A DNA stretch of 64,000 nucleotides from Oopsacas minuta. Lineage: Eukaryota; Animalia; Porifera. The notes under the pieces are model-generated. The model had not been told where the DNA came from. It searched no databases and saw nothing but the letters and a program-made list of their open reading frames with translations. The stretch spans positions 511,220-575,219 of the forward strand of contig JAKMXF010000077.1 in the NCBI GenBank assembly GCA_024704765.1. The letters are read 5' to 3'. Position numbers and translations under genes: made by a program. Below are positions 26,091 to 39,795 of this stretch, piece by piece (the stretch's first letter is position 1; the number at the start of each line of letters is the position of its first letter).

Positions 26091-27974
26091 TATTAATAGT
26101 GTAAAGCAAAATTCTCATTGGGACATTGAACAACATATTTATTCAAGAACCGGAAGGTTAGAAGGCCATGTCCGAAGATGATTGTGAAGTATATATTGTC
26201 TGATTAATAATGTCACTACTCAGCGTTTCATACAGTACTTTTGGAAAACGCTGATTTTTTGGCATTGAGTGGGGCCTCTGTCGCTTACATACATACTAAA
26301 CTCTATGCATAGAGTCTTCATTTCAACGCAGCTAGAATTCTAAGAGCGTAATTCAGCGGGGAGAGGGGTTAATTGACCCGCTAACTGCGGCTTGGGGGAT
26401 TCACTGTCTCTAACAAACTTTGAATCATTCTGGTACATAGAATAATCGATGATAGTTCAATGATAATTTCTGATTTACTAGCAAAGTGATAGACAGAAAT
26501 AACACTTTCGCCAAGAATATAAACTAATCCAAGGAGTGTTTCCAAGCAAATGAAATACTTCCAAATTATCCTAGAACTTTTATCTGCAGGAATGCAGTGG
26601 TGGTCAATTTGTCTCATAAGTCATTCGCAGAAGGGAATAAAAATATAGAATTTAACAGGTTCTGATTTAGTTATACTCTCTCCACATAATATCATCTTCA
26701 AAAACCCCTTGATATCTTTTGCAATCCTCTCCATTAAAACAATCAAATGGCTAAAATATTTACAAACAAATTGTTGGCCTATCAAATTTATGGAAACCGA
26801 AGTCACACACTTGGGAAATGGAATATAGTGATAAATATGGAATATTGAAGTATATAAATGTATAGATGAAGGTTTATTAAGTATTCCGATGCAAGAAATG
26901 CCGAAACAATTGATATCACGAATAGCGTCCTTGATAGTTTGGAACTGCAAATTGGCGGCAGTTACCCACCAGACGAATCCATAATTCTTTGATTGCCAGC
27001 CAGTGGCGATGTCGAAGCCATTGCCACGCAGTAGACGGGCGATTGGGGCGACTTTTGAAGCAGCCAATTCAAGTACAGCAGTCTCCAGTGCAGCTTCGAT
27101 GAGAGGGAGAATGGTCATATTCTCTTTCTGTATCTTTTCTTTTCTTTGGCGAAGATTCTTTCCGACACCCCTAGCCAGTATCTCAGGCATGGCTATCTGC
27201 GTGCTAGGTCCTTTGTTGAGTGTTCATTGCAAGGAGAACGTTTGACGCCTTCTTTGGGGGTACCGGGGCATTCACGTCACTGTGACCACAAGTTCCCCCA
27301 GTTACAACTCCGGGCGCTTGGAACAAACTGAACACCTATACTTGTAATTGTTGGTGGTACCGGCGATCTTCTGGGTCTCCAACCAACTGAAGAGGCCTGA
27401 ATTTTTGTGATGTTGAATTGAGGGCATGAGAGGAAGTTCAACTAAAATTTAGTATAATCTACATATAATGGGAAGGAGGGATGTTTCCAAGTATCTAGTG
27501 TAGATATATTGTAATAAGTATACTGTTATTAACATAATAAAATATCTAGAAAGTACCGGTTTAATAAATGATATAGCCTGATAAGTGAGTTGCAGAAATT
27601 ATGCCCCAGCCTGTAATATAAAATGATGATGCTTTAATTCGTCTCACAATTGTAGTCAGAAAAAGGAAACCATTTCAGCCTGGGCTGCCAATACATAGTC
27701 GGCACAGTAAAAATGAATATATTCATAATCTGAAAGAACATCTTTATTATATGCATAATGCATATGAAATGAATTCGTGCTCATGATTTTAAATTTGTCA
27801 AGTAAAATTATTATTGAGAGTTACAAACTTACAATATTCATGAATTCATGAATGGTCAAAATTTCCAGAAATAATGAAATCGGCCTGTTTGCCAGAATAC
27901 ACGACTCTGTCGGCCAACGGCTATGGTGACGGCTGATTCTGTCGGCCGAACGACCGATAGATGCCTTAGAGGGA

Positions 27975-28703
27975 ACACTGGCTCTGACTTTGCATGATGG
28001 AGTGGTCTTACAGCGACTTCTGCAGGAGGCGAAGTACCCCAATATCCATTATTTTTTGAATTCACTTGACCGTCCAAGTGAAAGTGGGCCTCGTCAGTAG
28101 TCCAGAGATTCTTCAGAAATGTGTCAGACTCCTCAATCTTGTCGAGCAGAACTTTTGCCATCTCCTTTCGCCTATACTTATCAGCTTCAGAAAGCTTCTG
28201 GTGTGTTTGTATCCGGTATGGGAATATGCCCAGATCTTCGGTCATCACTCTCATCATTGTAGACCTTGATATGGGCAAGGTCTGTGACCTTTTTCTGATC
28301 GATCGTTTTGGTGACTGTTCAACTGACTCCCGAACCATAGCAATAACATGGGACGTGCGGAGCTCTTTCTCCCAGAATGAGTTTCTCTGTCTTAAACTTC
28401 TTATCAAGGTTCTTGACAGTGCATGCATATTGAAACTTCTCCACCATCTTGAATATGGCGGACTTGGTTGGGGCTAGTTCCGTCCCGAATCGATGTAAAA
28501 AGTTCTGTTGCGTTTTCACAAACGACTTAGTCTCTAAAATTTTCTGAACACACCACCATACTCGCTCTTGAGTTTCCACTTCTTTGTTTTGGTAAATCAG
28601 AGGTGTAGCTAACATACTATCTTAAAATGGTATTGGGTTATAACTGAAAATGACTAAGAAGGTCTAAAACAAAAATGGGTTTCCATTTTTTTGAACCACC
28701 CTG
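27975..28703 (-). mobile_element. Tc1/mariner element (Tc3-like, DUF4817-type HTH), 3'-truncated
   Basis: TIR CAGGGTGGTTCAAAAAAAATGG ending at 28703 followed by TA. ORFs 28319-28615 (HTH) and 27856-28428 (SPKRSIRKRS..WTTDEAHFHLDGQVNSKN..WG). Confidence 0.85.
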
Positions 28704-28704
28704 T

Positions 28705-28945
28705 AGAAGGGTTAGAATTACTTCCCCATCCACCATGCTCACCAGACCTAGCTCCGTGAAATTTTTGGCTATTCCCCAAGCTTAAAATCTACCTTCAAGG
28801 CAAAGATTTTAACACATTACAAGTACTCGGAACAGGCCGTACCAGTACTTCAAATCCATCCCCGAAGAAGAGTACAGGAATATGTTTTACAAGTGGGTGG
28901 AAAGGTCAAAACTTTGTGTATCTGCAGGAGGGAAATATTTTGAAT
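28705..28945 (+). mobile_element. mariner (DD34D) transposase C-terminal remnant
   Basis: LLPHPPCSPDLAP.NFWLFPKLK..IPEEEYRNMFYKWVER..CVSAGGKYFE*. Confidence 0.8.
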
Positions 28946-28995
28946 AAAAAAATATAGTGAATTAGTGTGTATAGTGTTTGTATCACATTCTATGA

Positions 28996-31264
28996 CAGGG
29001 GTCTTCAAGCTGCGGCTCGCGGGATAATTCTTGTTTTTTGTTTATTTTGTCTTCACTTTGTTAATTTTGAAATTTGTTGTATTTTATTCAACAGAAATTG
29101 TGAATATACTTAAGTATTAGCACTTTTTTGTTTCTCATTTCTGGAAACCTTGATGGTGTTTAAAGTGTATAGAAGATCTTTGTTGTCTTCAGTAATTAAT
29201 TTAAGTCTTCAGTCAATATTCAATTACAAACAAAAGTATAAATCAGAAGTATTTGACAATATACAATTTCATGTTGAGATTTCGAATACTTTCCAAATAC
29301 ACATTTTTTATTATTCATTAATTATTTACGTATCCACTATGGCTACTTCTACCTCGAAAAAGCGGAAGATACAAGAAGAAAATCGGTCATTCAAGATAGA
29401 ATGGGAAATAAAGTATTCTTTCGTGGAGCACAGTGGCAAGTTCATTTGCCTAATATACCGTGAAACAATAGCTTCCGCTTAGAAAGGAAACTTTGAAAGG
29501 CATTACAATACCAAACACCAATCAAATTTTGTGGGAATTCTTGGGGAATCACGAAAGACAAAACTAGGCAATCTTAAAAGAAACTTGAAGAGTGAACTAC
29601 CAATCTTTTCTAAACTGATATTTCGGTTAAGTCGATCACAGTAGTTAGCTTGCTAATAGGAATACATTCGCGAAACGTATGAAACCATTTACGGATGGTG
29701 AATTTATAAAGGAATGCCTAAATGAATTCGCTGATCAATATTGTCCAGACAAAAACCAACTAATCTAGCAAGTCTCCTTGAGCGCTACGACAGTAATGTG
29801 TCGAGTGGGATCAATTTCAAATAATATTCATACACCTATTGGAAAAGACAAGTTGTTTTAGTTTCTGTAGCTTGGCACTTGATGGAAGTAAAGATATTAG
29901 TGATGTTGAGCAATTGGCAATCTGGATAAGGGGCGTTGATGAAAACTTCAACATTACCGAGGAATTATTCTCTATGCGTTCTATGCATGGAAGAACTCGT
30001 GGCATTGATATTTTCGAAGAGTTTCTTAAGACTGTGTCGGAAAACAATATTCCTGCCTTAAAGTTATCTGGCATTTCACAGATGGAGCTCCATCAATACT
30101 TGGTACAGGTACAGGGTTTAATGGTCAAGTTCTACGATGGTTGACAGAAATATCATGGTGTCACTGTATTATTCATCAAGAGGTCCCATGTGCGAAAACA
30201 CTTGGACTGGAAAATGTTATGAAGTTGATAGTAGACGTTGTAAATTTTATCAGATCTAAAGGAGTGAATCATAGAGAATTTAAAGAATTTTGGAAAGATC
30301 TCGATTCAGATTACGGAGATGTACTATATTTTACAAGTGTTAGGTGGCTGAGTAGAGGAGTAGTTCTTAAAAGAGTTTGGGAATTACGAGATGAAATATC
30401 AAGTCTCTTAGCCTCAAAGGACAACAAAGTTCCTGAATTCGAAGATACAAATTGGATTAGCGACTTTGCCTTCCTTGTAGATATGATTACACACCTAAAT
30501 ATTCTAAATTCCACACTTCAAGGAAAGAACAAGTTGATTCATGAAATTTATGCCACAATTCGAAGTTTTGAGATGAAATTCGCTCTATTTAAGTTACAGC
30601 TTAAAAATAACAATTTTTCTCACTTTCCAGCACTAAAGTCACAAGATAGTGTCGATGGAAACAAATATGCCGAAATTATTTCAAATCTCCAAGGAAAACT
30701 TTGATACTCGATTTGGAGATTTTAGAAATCAACAACAAAGCTCCGAGATTTTTGCACAGCCTTTCAGTTTTGATCCGCAATATGCTCCACGAGAGCTTCA
30801 ACTTGAACTCATAGACCTGCGGTCTAGCATAGATCTCAAGGCAGACTTCAAGGATGTTGGAGTAATTAGTTTCTATAAAACTCTTCCTTCAGATATCTAT
30901 CCTGCTATTTTAAAACACGCAAGAAGGATAGCTAGTTTATTTGGAAGCACTTACACTTGCGAGGCATTTTTCTCTAAATTGAAATATATCAAGAACAAAC
31001 ATAGAACTAATTAGACTGATGACCACCTCCAAGACGTTCTTCGTATTTCATCGACTGATATGAAACCTAATATAGATGGCATTTTAATACAACAACAAAA
31101 ACAGTACCAACCTCCACATTAATATTTTACTCTGATAAATTACTCATAATAATACAGTACTATATTAATATATAGAATACATGATCCTTAACTTTTAATG
31201 CGGCTCGCCAATCTAATACGAAACTAATATTTGGCTCATAGAAGAAAGAGGTTGAAGACCCCTG
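28996..31264 (+). mobile_element. hAT transposon (SPIN/GTF2IRD2-like transposase), both ends intact
   Basis: TIRs CAGGGGTCTTCAA / TTGAAGACCCCTG. Perfect 8-bp TSD TTCTATGA (28988-28995, 31265-31272). Fragments: KKRKIQEENRSF..WE, SLALDGSKDISD, HCIIHQE, VRWLSRG, SLFGSTYTCEAFFS. Frameshifted. Confidence 0.95.
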
Positions 31265-31528
31265 TTCTATGATATCACTCGCAAGACTTATTGAATGCCA
31301 GTAGATGGACAGTAACAAAAGGTTTGGACAAAGTTTGGTTATATTAAATGTAGCCATAACCGATCCGAGTTAAAAAACAGTGATAGACAATAATTTTGGT
31401 CTAACTTTGATTAGATTTCCAATTAATACATTTTTATAAGGCGTAAAACGTTATACAAAAGGAATCTGTTATGAGCACTCGTACTCTGGAAAGTCATTTA
31501 CAATTGTCAGATTGTTACTTGCAAGACT

Positions 31529-31531
<3 letters not shown>

Positions 31532-31560
<29 letters not shown>
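31532..31560. repeat. (AT)n microsatellite
   Basis: Uninterrupted AT dinucleotide run of about 29 nt. Confidence 0.95.
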
Positions 31561-31564
<4 letters not shown>

Positions 31565-33707
31565 AGTTACAAAGTATTTTTCTGTACACTATATACTATT
31601 AGAGTGACAAATATTCCATTATACTAGTCAGGGGCGTCGAAAGCTGGTATTTTATTAGAGAATTTAATGATATGAATGCATGAATACTAACACTCAGGCT
31701 CGTAATCTAGATAGTCTAAATTAGAGCTTTGGCAATCTTCCAAACTTCCTTCTACGATGTTCCATATTTAAAGACATTTGTAATTTTTGATAATATACTT
31801 GTAGAATATTCATTGCTTATGTACCACTAGTGTAGTTGGTAATCAGCAGCCATGAAACAAATGGAAAAATTACTTTTAACAAGTTTTGTTGATAGCAGTA
31901 AATTATCACTTACATGTGAGGTGCTTATTACAACTAGATAATATGAAGACTAAATTCCAGCAGGCTTCAACCAATTACAGGATGAGTGAGGTTTCTGTTG
32001 AAAAACTTCACAACTCAAACTATGAATGGGGAGATAATACACTCAATGGGATAAAATTGAGGTCGATGGTCCACACAATCGACCCCACTACCGATTTCAG
32101 GATATGAATTAGAACTATGCGAAGTCGGTCGTGCAAAATGAATTTGTTAGATCAATTGTTAATTAGTGTTGTTCTTTTCGAGTTAGTTATATTTGGATAT
32201 ACACTATTATGTACCATCCGTTGTTTCAACCGTAACTATTGAGTGCTCCAATATCATTACATATAATAATTATATATTCTTGGTACAATAAATCAAATCC
32301 TATAGAACTGGTTTATTAATATACTATATATTGATTCTAAAATCAAGGATGCGATATACATATTGCTATGTTTCAAAGAATGGAATTTATTCTAAATGTA
32401 TGTTTATTAGACACGTCCTTTGCCACTTTTTGTGTTTTTTCGAATATAAGGCTTGATAATTTGTAGTTCTACAAACATGCAATACATTTCTTCAGAAAAA
32501 CGCTTAGCTTTTGAATTAATTAGTTACCCATCATACTACCTGATCTGGTGACATATTTCTGGAGCATTCCCTGAACCTAACCCAATGCCCTATCATACTT
32601 AGATCACTTTATATATATTACATAGCAAAAGGGAAGTGATCCATTGTTACAAAATAATCCGAGATATGGTGACTTTGTGGTGGTCATCAAAATTGAAGTT
32701 GAAATAATAAATTGGTTAAATACATTAAGTGATATGGTCATAACCTTAAGCCAATGAAATTGCGATGATTATACTAGCTGACAATGTGTGGTTTTAAGAG
32801 ATTGCAAGCAACAAATTTAACAGGATATGAAGAAAATTGATATCTAACCAATTACAACGGTAAACCTGAATATCACATATACAGACGGGAACACACAGAA
32901 TCTATGAACAGCAAGAATACAATGAAGTCATAGATTTGGATTTAATGTTGAATATTCTGGTATGTACATAGGTGACATCCATAGTTGGCAAATTAGGTCA
33001 AAATGTATCAATTATTCGCATATTCTAGATTTCGTAGATGTATGCTTCATATCTCTATAGATTACCAGCCAAGATAATATTAATGTTGTATATGTGACAT
33101 AATAATGTGCTGAAACAACAAATATTTGGCCATATCACTTAAAGTACTCAACCAAAGGATTTGTTTTCTTCGGAAAATATACAGACAAACTATTCGAGGT
33201 TAGTAGTACACAGGGGCTTAAAATGGGAGTTAGTAAAGAATGGGTATTTCATTTGAAATAGACATATATAATGCATTATCAGCTTATAGGTTATCATATG
33301 CTAGGAATCATTTGGTGCATTAAAAATTCTTATAAGGTTTCAATATCTCATGTTCTGACGTCATAGCTTTATGCTGAATTTTGTTTTTCTTTAATACCCG
33401 ATTGTATAACAATTTTAGCCCTATAAATTCTATTATTTGGGTATAGTATATTATATCCATAGAACCAATTAGAACTGTTAGAAATACAAAATTTCTCATG
33501 ATTTTTATAAAATGACATCATACACATGTTTTTCATAATTTTTGCTTTGCTACTTCATACTTCTAAATGCATTTTTGAATTTATTACTATCTTTTTTGCT
33601 AATATATATATCAATTCTAACAATTTCTGAACAAAAACAATGACCAATGATATTAGGGGATGTTTGGTTTGTATTATTCATTCATTAACATTCTTCAAAC
33701 TACGTTG

Positions 33708-35881
33708 TTACAATATCATATCAACAATAAAGCCCTTAACGATATTATCAACAGATGATTCCAATAATCTGTTGCATTATCTCTACAGCCCTTAGTTCTT
33801 TAGGTATGACCGTGTTCTCTGCACTTTTCGCACACCACTGTCGATCGATATTCATTAAGACAAGATCGCTTTCAGATGAAAGTCTGACAAATATATCAAT
33901 GACATTATCCTTGAAGGAAGTTTCCCTTGCAAGATGTTCCTATATTTCCTGATAAATTTGTTGCAGGCTTCGGATCCTTCTTCGCTAAAGCATTTCAATC
34001 CATACCCAAAGTTCATCTCTCTCAGTATTTCTTCAGAATGGCCTGGAAATTTATGTAATGTCGGTGTAATGTTCACCCAAGGAAAGGATTGAAGAATAAG
34101 GGGATATGTGTCTGTACAAAGGTTACCCAATTCTTCTGTATTGATTTTCTGTCTGAATTTATGATTCTTAGAATGACAGATAATTGTGTGTGAAATTTAC
34201 AAAGGGAATCCCTATGATCAATCTTAACCAAACACATTGCGCATTCAATATACTCGGAATCATTTGAAAAAGCTCTTCGGGCCACACCACTAGTAGAGGT
34301 AGTACCTCCTTTGGGGTCTGCTTGGTCAATTCTTAGACCTGTTACTTCATGAACTATGGTTCGCACATCCATCATAGAGTCTTTAATTTCTTTTGATGAT
34401 GGTGACCATGTGAGCTTGTTACAATTTAGGTGGCACACAAGTAAATTAAACCATCTAAAAATGCACGTATAGGAATGTACGGGAGAAGCAGGTAGAATAT
34501 CCATTGTTGATAATGGTTGGTGAGTCAGGTTAAATCTTTGATTCGTTGGTAATGAAAAGAAAGCATCAATGTCTTCCAGTTCTCCAAATAATTCGATGGC
34601 GTCTGAAATGTTTCTATTGATGGGATAGCCTTGCAAAATTAAATCACGATCTTTTAGTTCTTTCTGCGTTGCAGTACATAGTTGGCAGCTCGCACCTCCT
34701 GCTCCTGAAAGAATACTTGCCATTTTGCCATCAAGCATTGATCGGACAACATCGACAAATATATGTTTATCATCCGCAAAATAGAAACCTTGGTCCTTCA
34801 TTTGATCTGTTTCGGGATTGATGATATCTTTCATAAATAGGTGAATATTGTCATGATTTTCTGTGGCTGCAAGAAGGAAATTTGGACGTTGGGAGAATGG
34901 AGAATTCGGGCAGTTGTTTTTCCAAAGTTCCTTTCCACCAGAATTAACAATGTGTATTGCTTTGAAGCAAAATAGAATGAACGATTTGGTAAACGTATTC
35001 GTATTCGGTTAATTATATACGGTATGCTTTCCAGATCCATCTAAGCCATCAGCAATCTGAAATCGGAGAGGAAAATCTTTATTTGAAGGGGACGGTAGAG
35101 TGGACATAATTCTACAGAATATATGGTAGACAAATTGAGCGTATGGCACACACACACACACACACACCAACTGGGGCTGTAGGTTTCGGGTATAGTTGAA
35201 TCATACTTCGTAGTACTAAATTATTTCTACGATCGGCCACCCTCTGATATGTAGGAAAGTGAATTCCATTAGATAACAAAAGTTGTAGTAGAGTATACTT
35301 CCTCTTTCCAATCTCTAGTAGATGCAAAAGAAATAATCTCTTGACCACATCCAATTCTTTGCTTTTGGAAGCACGCCCGAATTGACCAGAGAATTTTCCC
35401 TGCACAATTAATTTAGATACCCTTGCAACTTCTCGATTGTCTTTTCATTGCACAACAATTACAAAGCAAGAGCTGCAATTGCAATTTCAGAAGTTTTTTC
35501 GATTACCGAGATGAACCTGATAGACTCAAGGACACTAGAGATGCGGGAACGCTGATGTTGCAATGAAAGATTGATAAGTTCTTTCTTTTGGCGCACCGAC
35601 TTAGTTTTTTTGAGGGCATGTGAAGCTATAAATAACTCTGAGCAAATTTCTGAATGCCACCAATCTCTATGCAAAGATTCAAGTGATTTTTTTGAAGTTC
35701 TAATCATATCTCGTATTCTACGTGGAATCAATTCAAGTTTAGCCTGCTTGGCATCGTCTAATCCATGGAGATCGCTAAGATGACAGAGAGTTGTTTGGAC
35801 GCAATTGCCATTTGCTTTCAGGATTTTAGCTAAATCGAGACGGGATTCGGGGGAAGTCATCGGACCAATTGGTTCAGCCAT
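33708..35881 (-). pseudogene. RAG1L: RAG1-like transposase of copy D with CX2CX3GHX6C tail
   Basis: NBD-like KKELINLSLQHQRSRISSVLESI..IAALAL, LLEIGKRKYT, RSMLDGKMASILSGAGGASCQLCTA, THQP..PASPVHSY, GGTTSTSGVARR, FPWVNITPTLHK, FSEEGSEACNKFIR, CEKCREHGHT*RTKGC. Confidence 0.93.
35147..35167. repeat. (CA)10 microsatellite inside the copy D coding region
   Basis: CACACACACACACACACACAC. Confidence 0.95.
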
Positions 35882-37189
35882 TGATCAAGGATAAATTACT
35901 TCGGAGAAAATAGAGGTGTATGATTGAAAACATAACTACACGTATATACACACATTTTATATGTTTAATTTCGTCCAGTAATTTCTAAGAATAATTAGGA
36001 TTAGACGGGTATTCAATTACATAGTTACAGATATCACTTTAGGAATTTCCATAGCAACGATTACGGACAATGGAATGTGACCAAAAAATGAAAGTTGCGC
36101 ACCGTTTCGGGGCCTGTCATCTTCATATAACATAGTATAATTTATAAACAACAACTGGAATTATTTTCGCTTTGAAGTTCCTAGACGATCTCTTTTCAGA
36201 CACTTTCAAAATGTTATGCATGGAAAAATGGGATCCATTTTTTACCCTGGGTACAACAATCCTTCATAGAAGGGTACACGGTTTAGAATATATCTGATAC
36301 AAAATTTGAAATCAGCTTGCAAAATTGTCCAGAATAGATGAAACAATAGATCCCTAATATATTCTATAAAGAATCAGAATCAATGTGAAAATCTTTAATA
36401 GTTTGAATTCTCCGAAACGATAATTTCAACATCAAAAACTACAACGTTTCGATAAAATTTACATAACTAATAGGCTCCCAAATGATTCGAAAATTGGAAT
36501 GGATGCTACTTGAATGTTTAGAAACACAATGAAACCATAAAGGAATGAAAGCATTACTAGAAAAATTTCTTAATTCTCTACTACTAAGCCATTGTGTAGT
36601 AGATACTAGCAGGTGTGAAAAGATGGAAATTCTAGATTAGCCGAGGGCTCTTATGAATGGAGGGGTATGTGTCCAATATCTTGAAATTTACAATAGGATG
36701 AACCGATGGCCAAATGCCTAGCAAAATGGCAAAATGAAGTAAATGAGGTATATTTCACGAATGAATTAATATTGAAAAGACAGCATAAATATATCATTCC
36801 ATAAGCAAAGGTATCAATGTCACTGAAATTTGTTCAATTTACGCAACCTGAAAAACAAGAGTCGGTTGAGATAGTCTCAATAATTTTGGAATCACGATAG
36901 TCGATGTACCATAGAGGAATTGCCTTTACAGGGAAAAGAATTGTGAAATAAATTTGCTGAGCTGTGAAATCATAGACACTGTTAAACTAGAATATCTGAA
37001 AAATTGAACATAGCTAATAGTAATAGCTATCATATTTTATCGATTGGATTGACATAGGAAATTCAGTTGTGAAATAGAACGTAGATGGTGGGTCAATCAA
37101 AATGCTAATATAGAATTATAAAAACCCAGAAATAACTTTCATACATAGTTCAACGTCGAAATATACAAACACTAATGACAAATACTCAC

Positions 37190-37338
37190 AATATATTCTC
37201 TTTTGAAACCCTGGTTATTCTTACTGTGCATCGACTTGAGATAATCTCCAAATCGTAATATTGAAATGTCATCAGGAGGTGGAGTAAAGCTTGGAAAAGT
37301 TCCAGCTTGCTCATCAGGAAATCTTCCAACTGATACAT
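37190..37338 (-). CDS. Exon of the receptor-type PTP: intracellular juxtamembrane/wedge region
   Basis: ttatctag|ATGTATCA...TATATT|gtgagt, 149 bp, phase 1 to 0. Encodes (D)VSVGRFPDEQAGTFPSFTPPPDDISILRFGDYLKSMHSKNNQGFKREYI, resembling the I..F..Y...MH.N...F..EY segment that precedes RPTP D1. Confidence 0.82.
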
Positions 37339-39620
37339 CTAGATAACAACAAATATACAAGGTTGCATAAAATGAATATTTTGCTTACACTAACATAGGG
37401 CAGCGAATTTATGAAATTTTTACTGTGCATGAACAAAATGTATTACTCCTGGGGCTATGGACTATCCTTATTCATAAAGTATTGTCAACTCTTATGCATA
37501 AGTCTGGTTTTCAACAAGTTTTATTTCTTTTTGGCAATCATTTTGCATTTGGGAAGAAATTTATTCTTTGTTTCAGGAAATACATATTTATACTGATAAA
37601 TGTGCGTTTTTCATTAAATTGGTTCAGAATCAGGATAGTCGATTGCCCGAAGAACTTAAAGTTTGTCATGCACGGAATTTGATGCAGACCAGTGTAATCA
37701 GGGGTCATAAAGCTTTCCTGAACCATACGCAAAAAGTGTTCGCCTCATATTTACGTGTGCGTCTAGTGCAAACACTTAGTATTCGAGATGGGGTCTAGTA
37801 CGAATTTTTGCGCCCTTAGATCTATATTTAATGGAATTGACTCGCCTTTTAGCGAGTTGCATACGCGTGGATGAAACCCTGTCTATAATTGAGAGACTAT
37901 ACAATAAATAATCAATTTCTTTCACAATAAGATTCAACATATCACTGGTACAAAAGATTTAGCATGGAGAGGAAAAGAGTGAGATTATAGATATATTTGA
38001 GAAAGGTAACAGTTAGAGCTCTAACATTATCACAATTAACACATTTCGTGTGGGTGAAATATTGTTTATAGATTTCCGGGAGCCAATTCCTTTTTTTCGC
38101 TATTCAAAATATTTTGTAATTGAATATGATTTCTGTTTGCCATTTATCACATAAACTCAAAACAATCAGAACACAAATGTGCTAAGAATAACTCACATGA
38201 TAGTGTTTCAGGTTATACACTGTGTATATTTGCAAATACTCTACAATACTTGCAAAAACTCAATTCAACAATGTCAAATCACAGTCTATGCAGAATTAAA
38301 TCCTGGAATGAAATTAACCTATAGTAGAAAGCGGGAGTTTTTGCAAGGAAATTTTTGAAAATATCCAACAGTTGTTAAACTAAAACGAAAGATTTGTACA
38401 CATTCTTTGCAGAAAAATTTGTGTTGAATATATCCGATTTTTTAGAATTCCCCGTTCCTATAGAATTTGGACCAGGAATTTTTTGTAGGATGGTTTCTCA
38501 GAAAGGGGCAATTAAGCAAGTTTGTGTATGAGAGGGTTTGTGAATGCCCAGAGGGGAATATTTCACTGTTAAGCTGTTGAGACCGATCTACGGCCTCTTT
38601 TCTCACATAAACAAACATAGGTAAAAACATATCTAACATTATAAAATATTTTAGGAAGAGTCCAAAGGGGAAATGAATTTAGAGTAAGTGCTTCCCAAGT
38701 GCATATTGGGATTCAAAGCCCTGTGGAAAGAGGCTATCGAGAGCAATGGAAGTTCACTGAATATCATTCAACTAAATACAATTTTGGAAAAGAAATTAAA
38801 TTTGTATTTGATCATCGTGGTAGACATTAGAAAGTTTCAAAATTGAATTATATGTTCCTGATTACCACAAATTAGCAGGTGGGAACTAATCTCTAGGACA
38901 ATTTTGAGATATTGACCAAAAGCGATAGTATGATTAATAATGTGAGAATTAAATGTTAGATAGTTAAGAGAGTGTATTAACCAATATAATTACAGTCAAC
39001 ATTCAACACAAAAGATGTAGTATATACTTCGTCACTTTAAATGTTTAATAAATATTTCATTAACTCTAGCTGTTTCTATATTCGTTATTTCAATATTCTT
39101 GTGAAAAATATGCAACATATGGATCACAATGTCGGATAAATTTGAAATTTTGCTTCTTGGACACAATTTAGTACATTAGGTACCATTTATTTTGCTGATT
39201 CCGAAAATATATTCCAATATACTCCAACAATTCACAACTTCAATGAATTCAATTCACAAGATTGGTAAATTGCTAGAATTAGAAAAGTTTACCAAAATAG
39301 CAAGGAGGCATGGATAAAACTGTGAGGATATATAGACTATAGTGGAATTAGATCAAACAAAACAGGAAAGACTCTGTTGAGGCATAATCTACCAAAAATA
39401 AGGCCAACTCAGTGACTCATTTTCACTGTACCAGGGATTAAATGAAGTGGATATAATTTGACGGTAAATTCTATAATTGCTGATAAAATGAAAATGGGGA
39501 AACTTTACTTAGATATGTGTATCATTAATATGTAACAATTAATAAAAACCATATTTGTGAAAATTCTCGGAATGAAAAGACGTCATTTAGGATCGCAATC
39601 GGTAAATATAGATGAAAAAC

Positions 39621-39795
39621 TTACAACTCGTGCCAACAGCTTAGTCTATTATGGAAATTAGGTAAAAAGTGGCACTATTAACTGGAGGCGCTATGAAAGG
39701 TTAGGTTTACTCTAATATACATAACACCCTAATTAATAGTGCCACTTTCTAAACAAATTGAACTTAATAGACTAAGCCAACGGCATAGGTTGTAA
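39621..39795. repeat. Small inverted-repeat (MITE-like) element
   Basis: Arms 39621-39681 and 39733-39795 share TTACAAC..GCTTAGTCTATTA..AAAGTGGCACTATTAA in inverted orientation. Confidence 0.75.

Larger units (their letters stand above)
33209..36283 (-). mobile_element. RAG1-like/Transib transposon copy D; right end at 36251 or 36283
   Basis: Left end CACAGGGGCTTAAAATGGGAG at 33209, preceded by TAGTA. Right-end candidates are CCCTGGG at 36245-36251 or degenerate CACGGTT at 36277-36283 followed by TAGAA (4/5 TSD match). Confidence 0.8.

Noticed and set aside
38442-38639. Candidate post-transmembrane exon of the RPTP
   Set aside because: No convincing splice sites or similarity. The transmembrane and any FN3 exons could not be located.
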